DNA of 61,406 bases, filler included, from Hausera hauseri (taxonomy: Eukaryota), in assembly GCA_046269625.1 (NCBI GenBank). It is 10 parts of 10 records of this genome, joined end to end, with 100 filler letters (N's around TTAATTAATTAA, not from the genome) between each part and the next. Parts side by side here need not be neighbours in the genome. Positions count along the whole stretch, not along the records: positions 1 to 5,066 come from JBJURY010346602.1; positions 5,167 to 9,791 come from JBJURY010498685.1; positions 9,892 to 16,721 come from JBJURY010061440.1; 7 more parts are not named here. One strand, 5' to 3'. This document shows positions 1 to 12,266 of this stretch, one piece after another. Each line of letters starts with the position of its first letter. Position 1 is the stretch's first letter. The notes beneath the pieces are model-generated. The model did no database searches. It worked only from the letters and a program-made list of their open reading frames with translations, and was not told where the DNA came from. The translations under genes and the position numbers were made by a program.

Positions 1-290
1 CACCAACAACCTGATTTATATGTCGTATATTAGGTTCTCGTACCTTCCAATTCTCCTTAGCACGCAGAAGTATCTCTTCGGGCGAACAGTATCGAATGTC
101 ATGTAAAGGTCGATCAAGATTGTAAAGGTGACTCCGAAGACCGTCGAAGGAGTGATACAAACGAATAAGTTCTGATAAATGAGACATGTAATGCCATGCC
201 GTTAAGAAGTAAAAGTATTTATACTGAAATGTAACAACGACACGCGAAATAAATTATATGGATTCACGAAAACAAATGCAACATGTGTGA

Positions 291-668
291 TTAAATATGG
301 TCAATCAACTTTTTCATTACAATACAAAGCGAAGCAGAAAATACAAGTCCAATGAAGGAATTAATCCGCTGTCGTTGTAGTTTTTGTCTCATTTCATCCT
401 CCATACATTTTACGAAGAGAGATCTGACTATCAATTCAATATATTCTCGCCCGCTCATTATTCTCGTTTCTGTGAGTTCACATGAAAACCGTACATCAAA
501 CACATGTCCAGTCATTATGTCATCGGTCAATTTCTGAATTTCACTTTCAATGTACTGTTCCATTTGATCCGTATTAATATTATTGATAGTAGTAGCAGAG
601 CTGTGATGCTTATAGCTGCATGAATTAAACATGTTGTAGTTTATAAATGAAAGAAACAAGCTACACAT
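291..668 (-). CDS. Small Polinton accessory protein with C-terminal hydrophobic helix (true start probably MEQYIESE)
   Basis: ORF ends FIGLVFSASLCIVM. A decayed homolog (MKQYLESEIKKLTDDILTGHVFDV) lies at about 60449-60720 in the same position relative to PolB. Confidence 0.55.
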   Translation of the reverse strand: MCSLFLSFINYNMFNSCSYKHHSSATTINNINTDQMEQYIESEIQKLTDDIMTGHVFDVRFSCELTETRIMSGREYIELIVRSLFVKCMEDEMRQKLQRQRINSFIGLVFSASLCIVMKKLIDHI

Positions 669-760
669 TTATTTCAGTGTATTTATTTGAATTCATTTTA
701 TTTGTAAACTAAATTTAAGAGGTGTTAGTTTATTTCATTTAGAAATACAATGAATATCCC

Positions 761-3700
761 ATGTACTGCATCGATCGCATACATGAGGCGGATCAGGGCC
801 ATCGGCAGATGGCGAAATATTACAGCATTGGAGAAAAGGACATGTATTTATGTCCAACGTGTAATATTCCAACCCACTGTCCGTGCCCAGATTTTTATAA
901 AATACACAAGCATCATTTTGGCCCGTTTACACGGTCTAAGAAGATAATGATGAAGAATGTGCTTTCCCCGTATACGCATTGTATTGTAATAGTACAGCAG
1001 TGCATGACGTTAATGACAACCATAGTAGAGTGGAGCAGTACTATGGCGTCATAGCGGTGCACGGTAAACGGACTTATGTTTGTCCCCGTTGTTCTATAGT
1101 TGAAGCACAAGTCAACTATGAACAAATTTATAACAAGCACAAGAACCACTTGAACCAATTTCATGGATGGAAAAAGCAAATAGTAATGGACGCAACAAAC
1201 AGCAGTATCAGAAGAAGCAGCATTCCCGCAACAAGCAGGAAATGTCAAGCATCTACGAATCTTAACGAACACATACAAAACAGAAAACAGCAACATCAGC
1301 AGCAGAAGCATTAAAAACAAAATCAACAGCATCAGAAAGAAAACAACAACAACAACAACAACTGGAACCTGACCTTCACATTACTGTCGAGTACGATCTA
1401 AACAGATCGTACGAGGACATAAAAGTTGACATGACACCAGCAATGTTAGTACAATTAAAGCATGTACCGTCCGGTGCACGCAATGGGTGAGAATCCGAAG
1501 TGAAGAAATTCCAACGCAACCACCAACACCACCAACACCGCTGCAAAGTGCACAGCGGTAGAAATACGGGTAGACTAAGAGATTTACAAGAACGCATATG
1601 TTGACATAATTTATGGACGTCGGAACCCGAATGGACGCCCAATAAATTTGTTGCTATTAGAGCAAAACGAAAGGGAAAAATTCCGTTATGTGGCCGTGAC
1701 AAATTCGGACTAACTGTTGAATATTGAACATGTCCAGTTTATCAAAAAGTGTATACGGTGTAAATGGGGTCTCGTATGTTTGCACGGATTCAGGTCAGAA
1801 ACAACATGGGAGAAACATGTGACACTATGCAATCAAAGTTCCTCGGAAACAACAATGTACATCGTGCCCGTCAAAAAGGAGCTGAGATTCAGTGACTGGT
1901 CAAAATCTGACACTCCAGCATACGTGGTGTGTGCAGATATTGAAGTCATTCTACCACGGCACAATATATACAATCAAAAGCACGTTCCAGTCGTTGTCAG
2001 TATGTTGGTAGTCCCAATAAAAGCCACTGGTCAACCGCTTTATTACGTTTTCCACGGCTGGAACTGTATCCGTAATTTCCTGCATCAGTTGGAAACAATA
2101 TTAGTAACGGAACTCTCACCCTGGTACAGTAATAGTAGCAATAAACCCTTGATGTTGACAGATGAATATGAACCGTTGATGTTTGCAGCCACCGATGAAT
2201 ATTATCTATGACACAAAATATTACAGTTCGATGCAGAGGAACGGCTCATACCGAATTACGATCACTTTACCGGTCGGTATCTCAGAACCGCATGTAATTC
2301 ATGCAATTTGCCAAGGCGTGTGCGGCCATTCCTACCGGTGATCTTTCACAACTTCAGGGGTTATGATTATCACTATATTTTGAAATGGGCAATAAACGGA
2401 TTTCCGCACTGTAAACTATCCGTAATTCCGACTACAATGGAGAAATACTTGTCAATGTCTGCTCGTATAAACCGGTTCCAAGTACGCTTCCTCAATTCCT
2501 TGCAATTTCTCAATGAATTTCTGTCAAAGCTGGTAAATGCCTTGCCAGATGTGCCGCTAACAATAACTCATTTCTTTGTGCATATTGCGCGTAGCAAAGG
2601 TATTTCAGTATGACTTTGCAATATCGTACGAGCGACTCCAGACGACAGACGAATTACCACCACAGTGTCCCGGTACCACGGAAGAAGAATATCGCAAAGT
2701 ACAGTTGTTTTGGGTAGACCTCGGTTGTAGAAACCTGTTGGAGTACATGCTTCACTATCTGAAATTGAATGTGTACTTATTAGCCGATGTGTTTCAGACA
2801 TTTCGAGCTAAGACGTTGACAGAGGATAGGCTGGAGCCACTCAACTTTTACTCAATACCCGGAATGAGTTGGACATCAGCTCTGATGTCACTGGATAGGG
2901 ATATCAAGCTATTGTGGCATGCATTTGTCAACAATCATCATATTAGTGTGCTGCTGCTGCTGCGACCAGTGATGATACCATATCACTGTTGTATATCGAC
3001 ATTAATACCCTGTACGGCTGGGCGCTTTCATAACCCTTGCAGTACGGTTTATTCAAGTAGGTAGTAGAGAAGCAAGAGCTGAGAGCAATAATAGAAAATC
3101 TACCTAGAGCAGAAACAACAGAAAACAGCTCAATCGGATACCTGATAGAAGTCGATCTATAGTACCAGATGAGCTGCATAACTTTCTGAATGAACTGCCG
3201 GTCCCACTGATTAACCAATGTCCGCCGGGCTCGAAGGTGAAGAAGCTGCTTATGACAAATGAACCTAAACAAAATTACATAGTTCATTGGCATTTGTTGC
3301 AATTTTACATGCAGCTCGGTGTACGCGTCGCACAATTACATTGTGCAATCCGATTTTCACAGGCTCCTATATTCAAGGTGTATATCAGTCGGAATTCGGA
3401 AAACGAGCTTGAGCTTGTACGAAGTTTGAAAAAAACTATTACAAACTGAAAAACGATTCTCTCTATGGAAAAACAGTAGAGAATCTGAAAAAGAGGCTAA
3501 ATGTACGTCTGTGCAATAGCGAAATGCGGTTAGTCACGTACACCAGCAAGGTGCATTTCAGGCGATCAATGCACATTGCCGATGGATTGGTTGCCGTGCT
3601 TTTAAACATAAAACAAGTAGTAATGGACCGGTCAAGTTATATAGGATAAGTGGTATTGGATCTGAGCAAGTTGTGGATGTTTGAGCTGCAGTATCGCGAT

Positions 3701-4255
3701 TTGACACATTAACGGCAAATGCTCGGCGATTTCAGGATCAATATAATTGCCGGTGACACAGATTGTTTTTCCTTCGAACTGGAAAACGTCAATCGCGAAC
3801 AACTACTGCGGGAAATGATGGCAGACGGATTACTGGACAGATCTAATTACCTACAGAATTATCCATTGTGCAGCAGTGCCATCAAAAACAAAATCGGCTG
3901 CTTCAAGGATGAAAGCGAAGGTCGAGTTCAGTATCGGGAATGGGTATTTCTACGGCCAAAATGTTATAGTCTTTCAACTGACTGTGGGCTGAAAATGCGC
4001 GTTAAAGGAGTTCAGTTGGCCCAGACGGAAATAAACCACGGTGATTATCGCCGTATATATGAAGCAGGGGTAGAAAACGGCGAAGGAGGAGAAGAAGAAT
4101 CAAAGGTTGTTGTGTCCCAAACGACCATCCGATCGATTGAGCACCAGCTGTATACGGTGACCAATACAAAATATGCTTTATCATGTAATGATGATAAGCG
4201 AAAGTGGGTGGGGCGAAATAAGAATTTGGCGTACGGACACTGGCGTTTGGAATAA
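761..4255 (+). pseudogene. Protein-primed family B DNA polymerase (Polinton pPolB) with Cys-rich N-terminal region and endonuclease VII-like segment; many stops and frameshifts
   Basis: Motifs in order: CADIE (ExoI), DHFTGRYL..ACNSCN, IFHNFRGYD (ExoII), RFLNSLQF, KG.F.YD, YLKLNVYLLADVF (ExoIII), LLYIDINTLYGWA (motif A), KLKNDSLYGK (motif B), AGDTDCF (motif C), FLRPKCY, ALSCNDDKR, LAYGH. Confidence 0.92.
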
Positions 4256-4575
4256 AAACAAACATACAAACACACACACATACACACACGAATTTGGATC
4301 TAACAATGCAGACAGATCAAAGTCACCCATTTACTGCAACAATCCATTGTGATCTGTGTTTTGTATAAATAATGTATATTGTTCATTGTTTTTGCCTTTT
4401 GTTTTATTATCATCTAATTTACCTCTATACATTTATATACTTAACTAAGTTTTACGAGAAACAATATGAAAGACGATATCAACAAAATTTATTAATCATA
4501 AGCTAAAATCAAAAACAAAGTGATTTAACTCCGTGCAGATCCTTGTATCCTTTCAACGTCAATTTTTTATAGCCT

Positions 4576-4929
4576 TTAGCTCCTTCCGGTGGCAAGACTG
4601 CTGCTGCTGCTGACAATTTTTGTCACATTTCCTTTGAGAAAAATATACGATGTATCTCGGATATCGTTTTTCGACACCAAATCACTGTCAACTTTTCTAA
4701 TTGTGTCTTCCATTGTATCTACATCATCGTCGCTGACCTTTTTCACCAATAGACGATATTTCACCGGTTTGGTTTTGACCGTTTGCGTCAATGGAAATTG
4801 AATAGCGTTGAGCAGATAACGTAAGTTATATCCATTATACAACCGGGAATTTCTGAGCGAATATTCGATGTAGCTTGACTTTTTTGAGAAACTCGCAGAA
4901 ATGTCACCTGAATTGTTTTCAAAAGACAT
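4576..4929 (-). CDS. Hypothetical protein convergent with pPolB, probable Polinton gene
   Basis: ATG-initiated 117-aa open ORF with no recognisable motif. Confidence 0.4.
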   Translation of the reverse strand: MSFENNSGDISASFSKKSSYIEYSLRNSRLYNGYNLRYLLNAIQFPLTQTVKTKPVKYRLLVKKVSDDDVDTMEDTIRKVDSDLVSKNDIRDTSYIFLKGNVTKIVSSSSSLATGRS

Positions 4930-5066
4930 TGTTTAAAGACAAACGTGAAATGAAATTGCATCCATATTTGTATCAAATTTGTTCATACTGGTTTGTTTTT
5001 ATTTTAAACAATAGACATTTACTTTGTGAGTATTGTCTCATATCACAATAACACAAATTACCTCCA

Positions 5067-5166
5067 NNNNNNNNNNNNNNNNNNNNNNNNNNNNNNNNNN
5101 NNNNNNNNNNTTAATTAATTAANNNNNNNNNNNNNNNNNNNNNNNNNNNNNNNNNNNNNNNNNNNN
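5067..5166. other. Artificial contig-joining linker (first of nine identical linkers)
   Basis: 44 N + TTAATTAATTAA (stops in all six frames) + 44 N. Identical copies at 9792-9891, 16722-16821, 22554-22653, 33258-33357, 40779-40878, 47806-47905, 52005-52104, 57212-57311. Confidence 0.98.
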
Positions 5167-5516
5167 AGCGTATTTAGGGCTCTGTAATCTATACAGAACC
5201 GATGTTTTGTGGTACCTTTTTTCTTAACCATGAGTATTGGCGAGTACCAAGACCGGTAACTTGGTCGTATTATGTCTGCCTTCAGCATGCGTTCTACTTC
5301 TTTTGTTATTTCAGGCCTTAACAAATGCGGTGGTGGGTACCATTTAGACATCTTTTGCCCTTCAAAATAAATTTCGTCGTTTGAGCCAGGTTTCTTTTTT
5401 AATGGAATCGTTAATCTTAACGTTTTTGCTCTGCCTATATGTTCCTCATCTTGGGCAATAATCGATTTATATTTACATAATAATTCGTAAAATTGGCAAT
5501 ATGCTTTTGGTGACAA
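5167..5516 (-). pseudogene. Reverse transcriptase N-terminus (Gypsy), cut by contig end
   Basis: EVERMLKADIIRPSYRSWYSPILMVKKKGTTKHRFCIDYRALN. Confidence 0.93.
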
Positions 5517-5683
5517 TTATGTTTCAACATGGGGTGGAAATTCGGCATAGTTGTATGGTTTTTCTTCTATTGTTATTGCGGACACCTTATAAGTATGACC
5601 CAATGTAGTATTGGCATACAATTTTATGGAAGTTGGTGCATTATTCACTAATCTAATTGGTACTCTTCCTGTCGTTACTCTTG

Positions 5684-6176
5684 TCAAAATGTTACTAAGT
5701 ATAATATTTGGATTAACGTCTTCTTGTGGCGGATTTGAGCGTAAATTAGCATTTCGGTTCTAGGCGGAATATTTTCGTCGACGGGGATCCATACTTCTCC
5801 TTGTTTCCTCTCTTTCATTGTCTTAATACCTTTTACTGGTCCAAGTTCAATTAGTTTTCCAGTCTGAAAATTTATTGCGATATTAGGTAATTGTTTCAGT
5901 ATATCACATCCTAATACTACGTCATCGGTTAATTGGTCCATTACGAAGGATTTGGTCCATTAATTGAACTAAAGGACTCCATTTAAATTTCGGTTTGGAT
6001 TTTTGCCCGAAGGCTCCTATGCTGTCTGGGTCTGACGATGATGCTGGCTGTAATTGTTTTCGTAATGTCAGCGGTATTGATTCTAATTTGATAAACGATT
6101 TTTCCAACCCTGTGTCGATTAAGGCATAAACTTCCCAATCTTCAATGGTAACTTTTGTGAAGGGTCTTCCTTCCAT
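5684..6176 (-). pseudogene. Retropepsin-like aspartic protease, frameshifted
   Basis: VYALIDTGLEKSFI (catalytic DTG) and DVVLGCDIL (GxD-like C-terminal motif). Confidence 0.85.
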
Positions 6177-6811
6177 AACTGTTCCATACCAACTTGACGT
6201 CTTTTTGTCGTTTAATTGAAGAAATCTTATGTCCGTTTATCGTTATTTCTTGCGATGAAATCATATTTTCGGTTAGCTGCTTCAGTTCTTCAGATCGTTG
6301 ATGGCTATGCTATCTATATTGTTTCCAATTAGTGGTTCTTGTATTATTGTTTTCTGGAGAGATTTCATTCCTTGTGTTCCCCAGACTATTGATCTCGTCT
6401 CTATATTACGAGCTATTCTTGGTGAATATAATATTCTATGGTCGTCTTCCACTCGTTGCTGATTAACGAATTGAATTTTCTTTAATACTCCGTATTGTTT
6501 TGTTCCTTCATAAGGGTCCTCATAGTTAAAGGGTTTCCGACTAAATTGTGACTTGTATAACACCATAGATGTTCTATCGCAATCTTTATATATTGGAGCT
6601 GTTGGTGGAATGATGGGTACGGGTGCCTTGATTGCTGAATACATCTTGTGTCTATTCTGTCTGAAAATCGCTTCTCCTCCCTTAGGCTCGTCATCATCGG
6701 AGTTATTTCTTCCCGTCATTGGTTTCTTAACCTTGAGTTTCAATCGAAATATGAGCCTTGCTCCTCGTTTATAATTATAATAGCCGACATGGCGTTCAAC
6801 TCATTTTTCCA

Positions 6812-8690
6812 TCAATTCTGTTCGTAGGCTTTAAGCATTTTGCCAAACGGTGTGATAATTGCGGTTATAATCTTACAAGAAAATCCTGTTAGCGTGAATA
6901 TTTCATACCCATTTATAACCTCTTGGATTATCGCTTTTACTAGTTGTACTAAGAAATAGATTTCTAAAAATCCAGATGCGGCTTGTCCAAAAATTAAAAA
7001 TCTTCCCCATATTTTGTAGAGTATTTCTGAGGTTACCCGTTGGTAATGGTTTGCACCAAGTAAAGATTCCCATTTAGCCTGATAGCGGGTATCATCTACT
7101 ACTGATGCCATGGCTTGGTTTAATTCGTGTGTTCACTGTCGTGGAAAAGCAAGAAATTGTTGAAAAGCTTCAATCTCTTTAGGTCTGTAAATACCCTTTT
7201 GAGATGTATCCTGAAATTTGTTAGTTATTCCTTTTGCTAAATTAGTTCCAGTTAGTTTTTTAGGAATGATAGTGAGGCCTCCATTGGGTAAGCTAACCCA
7301 GTCCGTATCACTACGTCTAAACATTGGTTCATCCAAATTTGCCTTACAATCCTTTAAGATGGTTGGTTGTTGCATTATCAAACAACACTCTAGTGAGAAG
7401 CATGGCTAGACGTGAAGTATTCTGGTAAATTACAGGAAGCTCTTGTATGCATCGTTTTTCTTCGACATTGATTGGTACATCTCTTGTCGCATTCATATGT
7501 CAGTAGAACCTCGCCAGTAACTCGGTCAAAGATTCTTTCTCTCATGGGAATGATCGGTGAGGCTAACTCAGGATTCGCATATGGGCTAATTTTGTTCTCA
7601 TAATTTCCGTATCTAACTTGCAGTCACTACTTATCATTTTATGGTATAATTCGGCTATTCCGACGTGTCCTTTATAATAAAAATAATCGTCTCGGTTTTT
7701 CAGATAGTCTTCAATTCGAATGTCCTGCGTTTCTAAGTTGTATGTTTTTGCGTTTATCTCCGTTTCTGCGACGAATAACGCTTCGTAGTTAGTGATGAAC
7801 ATTACTACCTCGCAACGTGAAATCATTTCATTTTTTATGAATTTCAATCCATGCTGATCAGTGATTAATATCGTAGGTGTATGATGCTCTGATACATCTT
7901 CATGTGCTCTTGAACTGACGTCGGATTTGTCTACGTATCGTTTCCCGGTAGTTTCATTAAATTTCAGTTCTTTGATCTCAATAAAATTACAGGCTTTTCC
8001 AGTGGGCGGTTCCCATATGACAGCAGAACTTCGGAAGGCACAAATTCCGTCTTGCACGTGGCATTTCTGATTCTCAGTATATAGCTTAGTGACACTATGG
8101 AACATTACTTTTTGTACTCGCATCTCCGATTCGTAAAAGTCTACTACTACTACGTTTGCTTCCGATCCTTTTCCGGTATCGTATTCCGTTCCACTATAGT
8201 TCCCGTTATGCATATCTAGCCTTCCAGCTAGTATCTTATACGCTCTGATTATTTTTCCCAGTTGCATTTCTAATTCCATGCTATCCCATTTCAGTCTTCC
8301 GGTTTCTCTGGCTTGCTTGCAGTGTTGTCTTTCCAAATTCATTGGAATTGGAGGGGTTGTTGGTTTAATTATTGAGGAGTACCCGTGCATTAGTCCACAA
8401 TGAAAAATACTACGAGATCGTCTCAGCATACATTCCATGCCATCCAAAGATAACTCTTGTTGTTGGTATAGAAAATAGCTCTTCTCCTTTGTTTCCAATT
8501 TATGTGGTCTGGCATCTTCACATGCTTCTAAGTCCATTAATGAATATTTTTGACCAAGCTTAAATCTATCGCAATCGTAGACAGTGCCAGCACCCATATG
8601 TTTTATTAACATCATTATGGTGAGCAAACTGATTAACCAATTAGATTCATTCTTTCGGTTGTTGTTATCCGTTGTCGTCAAGTTGCACAT
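6812..8690 (-). pseudogene. Env-like viral fusion glycoprotein, chuvirus/Monjiviricetes-type, frameshifted
   Basis: Hydrophobic signal WLISLLTIMMLI followed by VYDC..YSL.D...C, FHCG, C...GIC..VIW, GEVLL.YEC..CIQELPV.YQN..TRVL, GIY and C-terminal membrane segments WGRFLIFGQAASGFLEIYFLVQLVKAIIQEVINGY..GFS. This pattern matches chuviral-type glycoproteins as I recall them. Confidence 0.82.
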
Positions 8691-9089
8691 TATTACTGCT
8701 CCTTTTGTCTTCTTCCTTGTTAAACAATTTCAGCCAATTTACTTCACATGACAACTTTCTAGATGCTCTTCGCGCCAAGTTTGTAGCTCTATTTGGTTCA
8801 TCTTCTCGATTTGGATTCGTTTTAATTGCCAAGTACAATAATGCTTTTCTTAGCTCTTCTATCGTATTCTCCACCATAATCTTCTCGACTATTGCGTCGT
8901 CAGTTAGGCTACATTTTGACAGTTTGAAACGCTAACTTTTCATTGTTCTAGCTGCGTTAAATATTGCCTTTTCTTTATCATTTAATGTATCTCCGCGTAG
9001 ACTTGAATAATTTACAATAAGTATTAAATTCTTCATTAACTCGCTTAACTCTTCGTTATCTGCATTAAAAGTGGGGATCGACATTTGTC

Positions 9090-9736
9090 TTAACTCTGTA
9101 ATGAGTTCTCCGTTATAGTCGATTTCTTCTCGGGGTTTCTAGGTCTTCCGATTGGGCGTTTTGGTATTGGAGCGTTAGTTGGCATTCCACTTAGTGGTAC
9201 TAGATTCTTGTCATATTGTTCTTTGTCTTCATCCGTCTGTAAATACTCGAAATACATTGCCGCATCTCGTACTCCCATTGTTCCATTTTAGCCTTTCGTG
9301 TGGCTTCTTTTGTTTGTTCATTGGCCATTGTTACTGTTATGCGATTCGTTTTGTCGGGGATAATTCCGACATCTATTAACTGTTCTAAATCATCGAGTAT
9401 TCTTCCTCTAAAGTAGAATCTGTAATTTATCTTGTTTGTTCCACCATTATTTAATAACCATTCTCTTGCGTCCTTCACATAGGAATAAGTAGTTAACTCA
9501 CATTCCTTCTCATCCATCCACTCGGATGATATCATTATTTTCATCACTACTTCAGGTTTAGTCCTCAGAATATCCGCATACTTCTTTATCAAAAGTTTCG
9601 GCACCGTGTTGTAAATTGTATTCTCGCTAGATAATTTAGTCAAAGTCGGAATAAGTTGTCTGAGCTTATTTTCATTCATATTCACATTAGTTGATTCCAC
9701 CAAGTCCGTCTCGGTTGACGCTGAGTCTAGGAGCAT
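9090..9736 (-). pseudogene. Accessory region containing a ubiquitin-like domain and an AT-hook
   Basis: MKIMIS...YVKDAREWL...YRFYFRGRILDDLEQLIDVGIIPDKTNRITV aligns by eye with ubiquitin [38 protein letters not shown] AT-hook at about 9136-9162. Confidence 0.7.
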
Positions 9737-9891
9737 CTCTACGTTGAATTTTCTGTTCTGTGAATACCTTTCTGTTCCTTCTAGGTGTACTNNNNNNNNN
9801 NNNNNNNNNNNNNNNNNNNNNNNNNNNNNNNNNNNTTAATTAATTAANNNNNNNNNNNNNNNNNNNNNNNNNNNNNNNNNNNNNNNNNNNN

Positions 9892-9992
9892 ATTGACTTT
9901 ATTATGTTATTGATCTGTATCTGTATATATTTTAATGTATTTCAAACTATAATTATTATGATGATACAGATCAATAACATAATAAAATCAAT
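9892..9992. repeat. Inverted repeat with 30-bp arms (foldback/MITE remnant)
   Basis: ATTGACTTTATTATGTTATTGATCTGTATC ... GATACAGATCAATAACATAATAAAATCAAT, one mismatch. Confidence 0.7.
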
Positions 9993-10250
9993 TATTTGAT
10001 GAATACGATTATGTAACAAATTACATTCTCATTTACAGTTACTGCATTTTGGGGCATACGATGTTATTTAAATTTCTGATTTTGTTGCGGACGTTACTTA
10101 CCGTACACTCAATTAATAAATGTCCGACCAACAAATGTTCAAATTTTGCTCGTATTTTCTATGGTCCGGTAAGGGTTAACAATATCCTTCACTGAATAAT
10201 AGTTCCTAAAATATTTCCTACAAACTATTCATCTTTAATCATTTATTTAG

Positions 10251-12266
10251 AATTAGATAGACTAAGGCGATTCGACTGGTCAAATATTGCATTGCAACAA
10301 CTTGATGAAAATTTCATCAATTGCATTTTGATAGTTTCCGATAAGGGATATATCATAGAAAGTAGTACGGATTCATGTGCCAGCGTCGGTAGTTGGAATA
10401 ATTCCAATGAAACGATGACCAGTGTTAAACACAATGTTGAAGTAAATAATTGATATGTGGGTATTTGTGGTTTATCGAGAAGTTTAGAGTTTATTGAGCA
10501 GACAAATCTATTTGAATAACAGGCTGATTGCAGATAATACCGTACCAAAGTTATTTGGTGTTTTTGTATCCAAAGGGGGTGTCTTTCCAACGTCATCACT
10601 TGGAACGACCTATGGTAAGTATAGTCTAACATTTTAGAAACAGAGATTTAAAATATTGCGTCATTTTGCACTTCATTAATCCCCTCTAAATCAATATTGA
10701 TAAGTTCATAGGTATTGAATTTATTAATCTTATAACCTCAAACTTATTCTCCTTGTTCCGTCAGGAGGTACACTGACGTTACTCCCCAATTATTTATCAG
10801 ATGTTAAACAACCGTCCCGAGGGGATGGTATACCAGACAGGGCCCTTGACTTGTAAATTATTTTAATAATACACAATCTAGTTACTTATTATCACTACTC
10901 TATGAACAACTAACCGAACAATAAGACTGATTCTTTAATAAGTAATGAAGACAACATAAAACCAAATTACAATAAATAAAAGAAGAATATTCAAAAATTA
11001 CTTACAACTATCAATAGCTGATGAAATGGTAGCATTAATCATACGTCGTTACAAATTCTCTGTTCGTTTACAATCATGCTGGTGTGTGTGTGTGTATAGT
11101 ATTTTACAATTATCATCTCCAATCAAAATAAATGAAAATACATTCAACAAGAAGACGAAGAAAACGAAATCTAATTTATGCGTACGTTAAAAAATATAAA
11201 GTTCGTATCAGCAACGACTGAAAAGCGTTAGTTAATAAAAATAATTAATCAGTGTTTATTTGACATTTCTGTTTGGAATAATAAATCTTTGCTGGACTGA
11301 ACAATATTTTAAGTTCAATTTCCAATTTGTCATCCATGTTATGTCAAACTGCAGTACGTATCAGTTACTTAGATAATATTTTTTCCATTTGGTATGAATA
11401 CTGAAATATTTCCAGATGAATATTTTGTTATCCTTGCATACAAGGGAAATGAATGAGTACAAAATGATGTATAACTAATTTTCATAAAATGTACAATCAG
11501 TAAAATTGGCATAATTTCAAATTCCTTGTTCTCCTTATTTATACACGAAGAATATGTCGCATTATTGAGAATGATTCAAAAATATTATACTCTCATTTAA
11601 TAATTCAGCATTGGGAATATTGATCAAAAATTCAAATTCATTCGCCGTAAATTGGTCAATATCCGATGTATCACCAACTGTAGGTGATCAGCCATCACCG
11701 CAAAACGATAAAAGGAAAAGAGATTTCTCTCTTCTGTTGACCAAAGGAACGTTAGCATGGTCGGAATCGATAGTTGTACCAGTGAAATATACTCCTAGAA
11801 CTAACGAATGCTGTGACTACAAGTGTTGCGTAACTGTTTCCACTGAATCAGAAAATGGCACTTATGTACAAGACGTCCTGTTCGTTACGACAGAATACCG
11901 AGTAAATTTGTGGTATTTCTGTAAATCCGAATTAGTATTTTATAGGAGAAAGAAAAGTTACGCGGGTATCCTTGTATTCCGGGAATGTCGATTAAAAATC
12001 GTAAATTGATATTGACCCCATCCAATCCATCAGGCAGTGTCATATTCATTAAGAACAACATACACAGCAAAACGCTGTATTTCAGTTCTGTACGCAGTGA
12101 ATTCAAATCTCTGAAGCCGCAATACTTCTTGTTCGGAAAGCAGTATGAAATCGTGATCGAATTACGTGATGTTACCTCGAAACACTATTTCACTGACCAT
12201 CTCATCATTTCGGACTCTGATGGAAATTGCACGACTGTCACTATCCAAGTTGACTTTACTGTGTAA
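10251..12266 (+). CDS. Last four exons of a host gene ending in two ASH/PapD-like domains, CEP192/SPD-2-like (exons 10251-10441, 10488-10614, 11609-11901, 11946-12266)
   Basis: GT-AG introns of 46, 994 and 44 nt splice into one open frame. FPTSSLGTTYALGILIKNSNSFAVNWSIS...GTL...VPVKYTPR and IKNNIHSKTLYFSSVRSEF...FTDHLIISDSDGN resemble the two terminal ASH domains of CEP192. Confidence 0.7.

Larger units (their letters stand above)
1..5066 (+). mobile_element. Polinton/Maverick fragment (contig 1), degenerate
   Basis: Carries a protein-primed PolB pseudogene. Flanking genes are collinear with contigs 8 and 10 in inverted orientation. Confidence 0.88.
5167..9791 (-). mobile_element. Ty3/Gypsy LTR retroelement family A, middle portion (UBL - AT-hook - env - PR - RT)
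   Basis: Collinear minus-strand ORF fragments. The 5' part is homologous to about 21780-22450 and the 3' part to about 22735-24030. Confidence 0.9.

Noticed and set aside
5067-5166. Repeated TTAATTAATTAA palindrome as a biological site, and ORFs running into N runs
   Set aside because: It is a fixed-format assembly linker; ORF ends inside linkers are artefacts.
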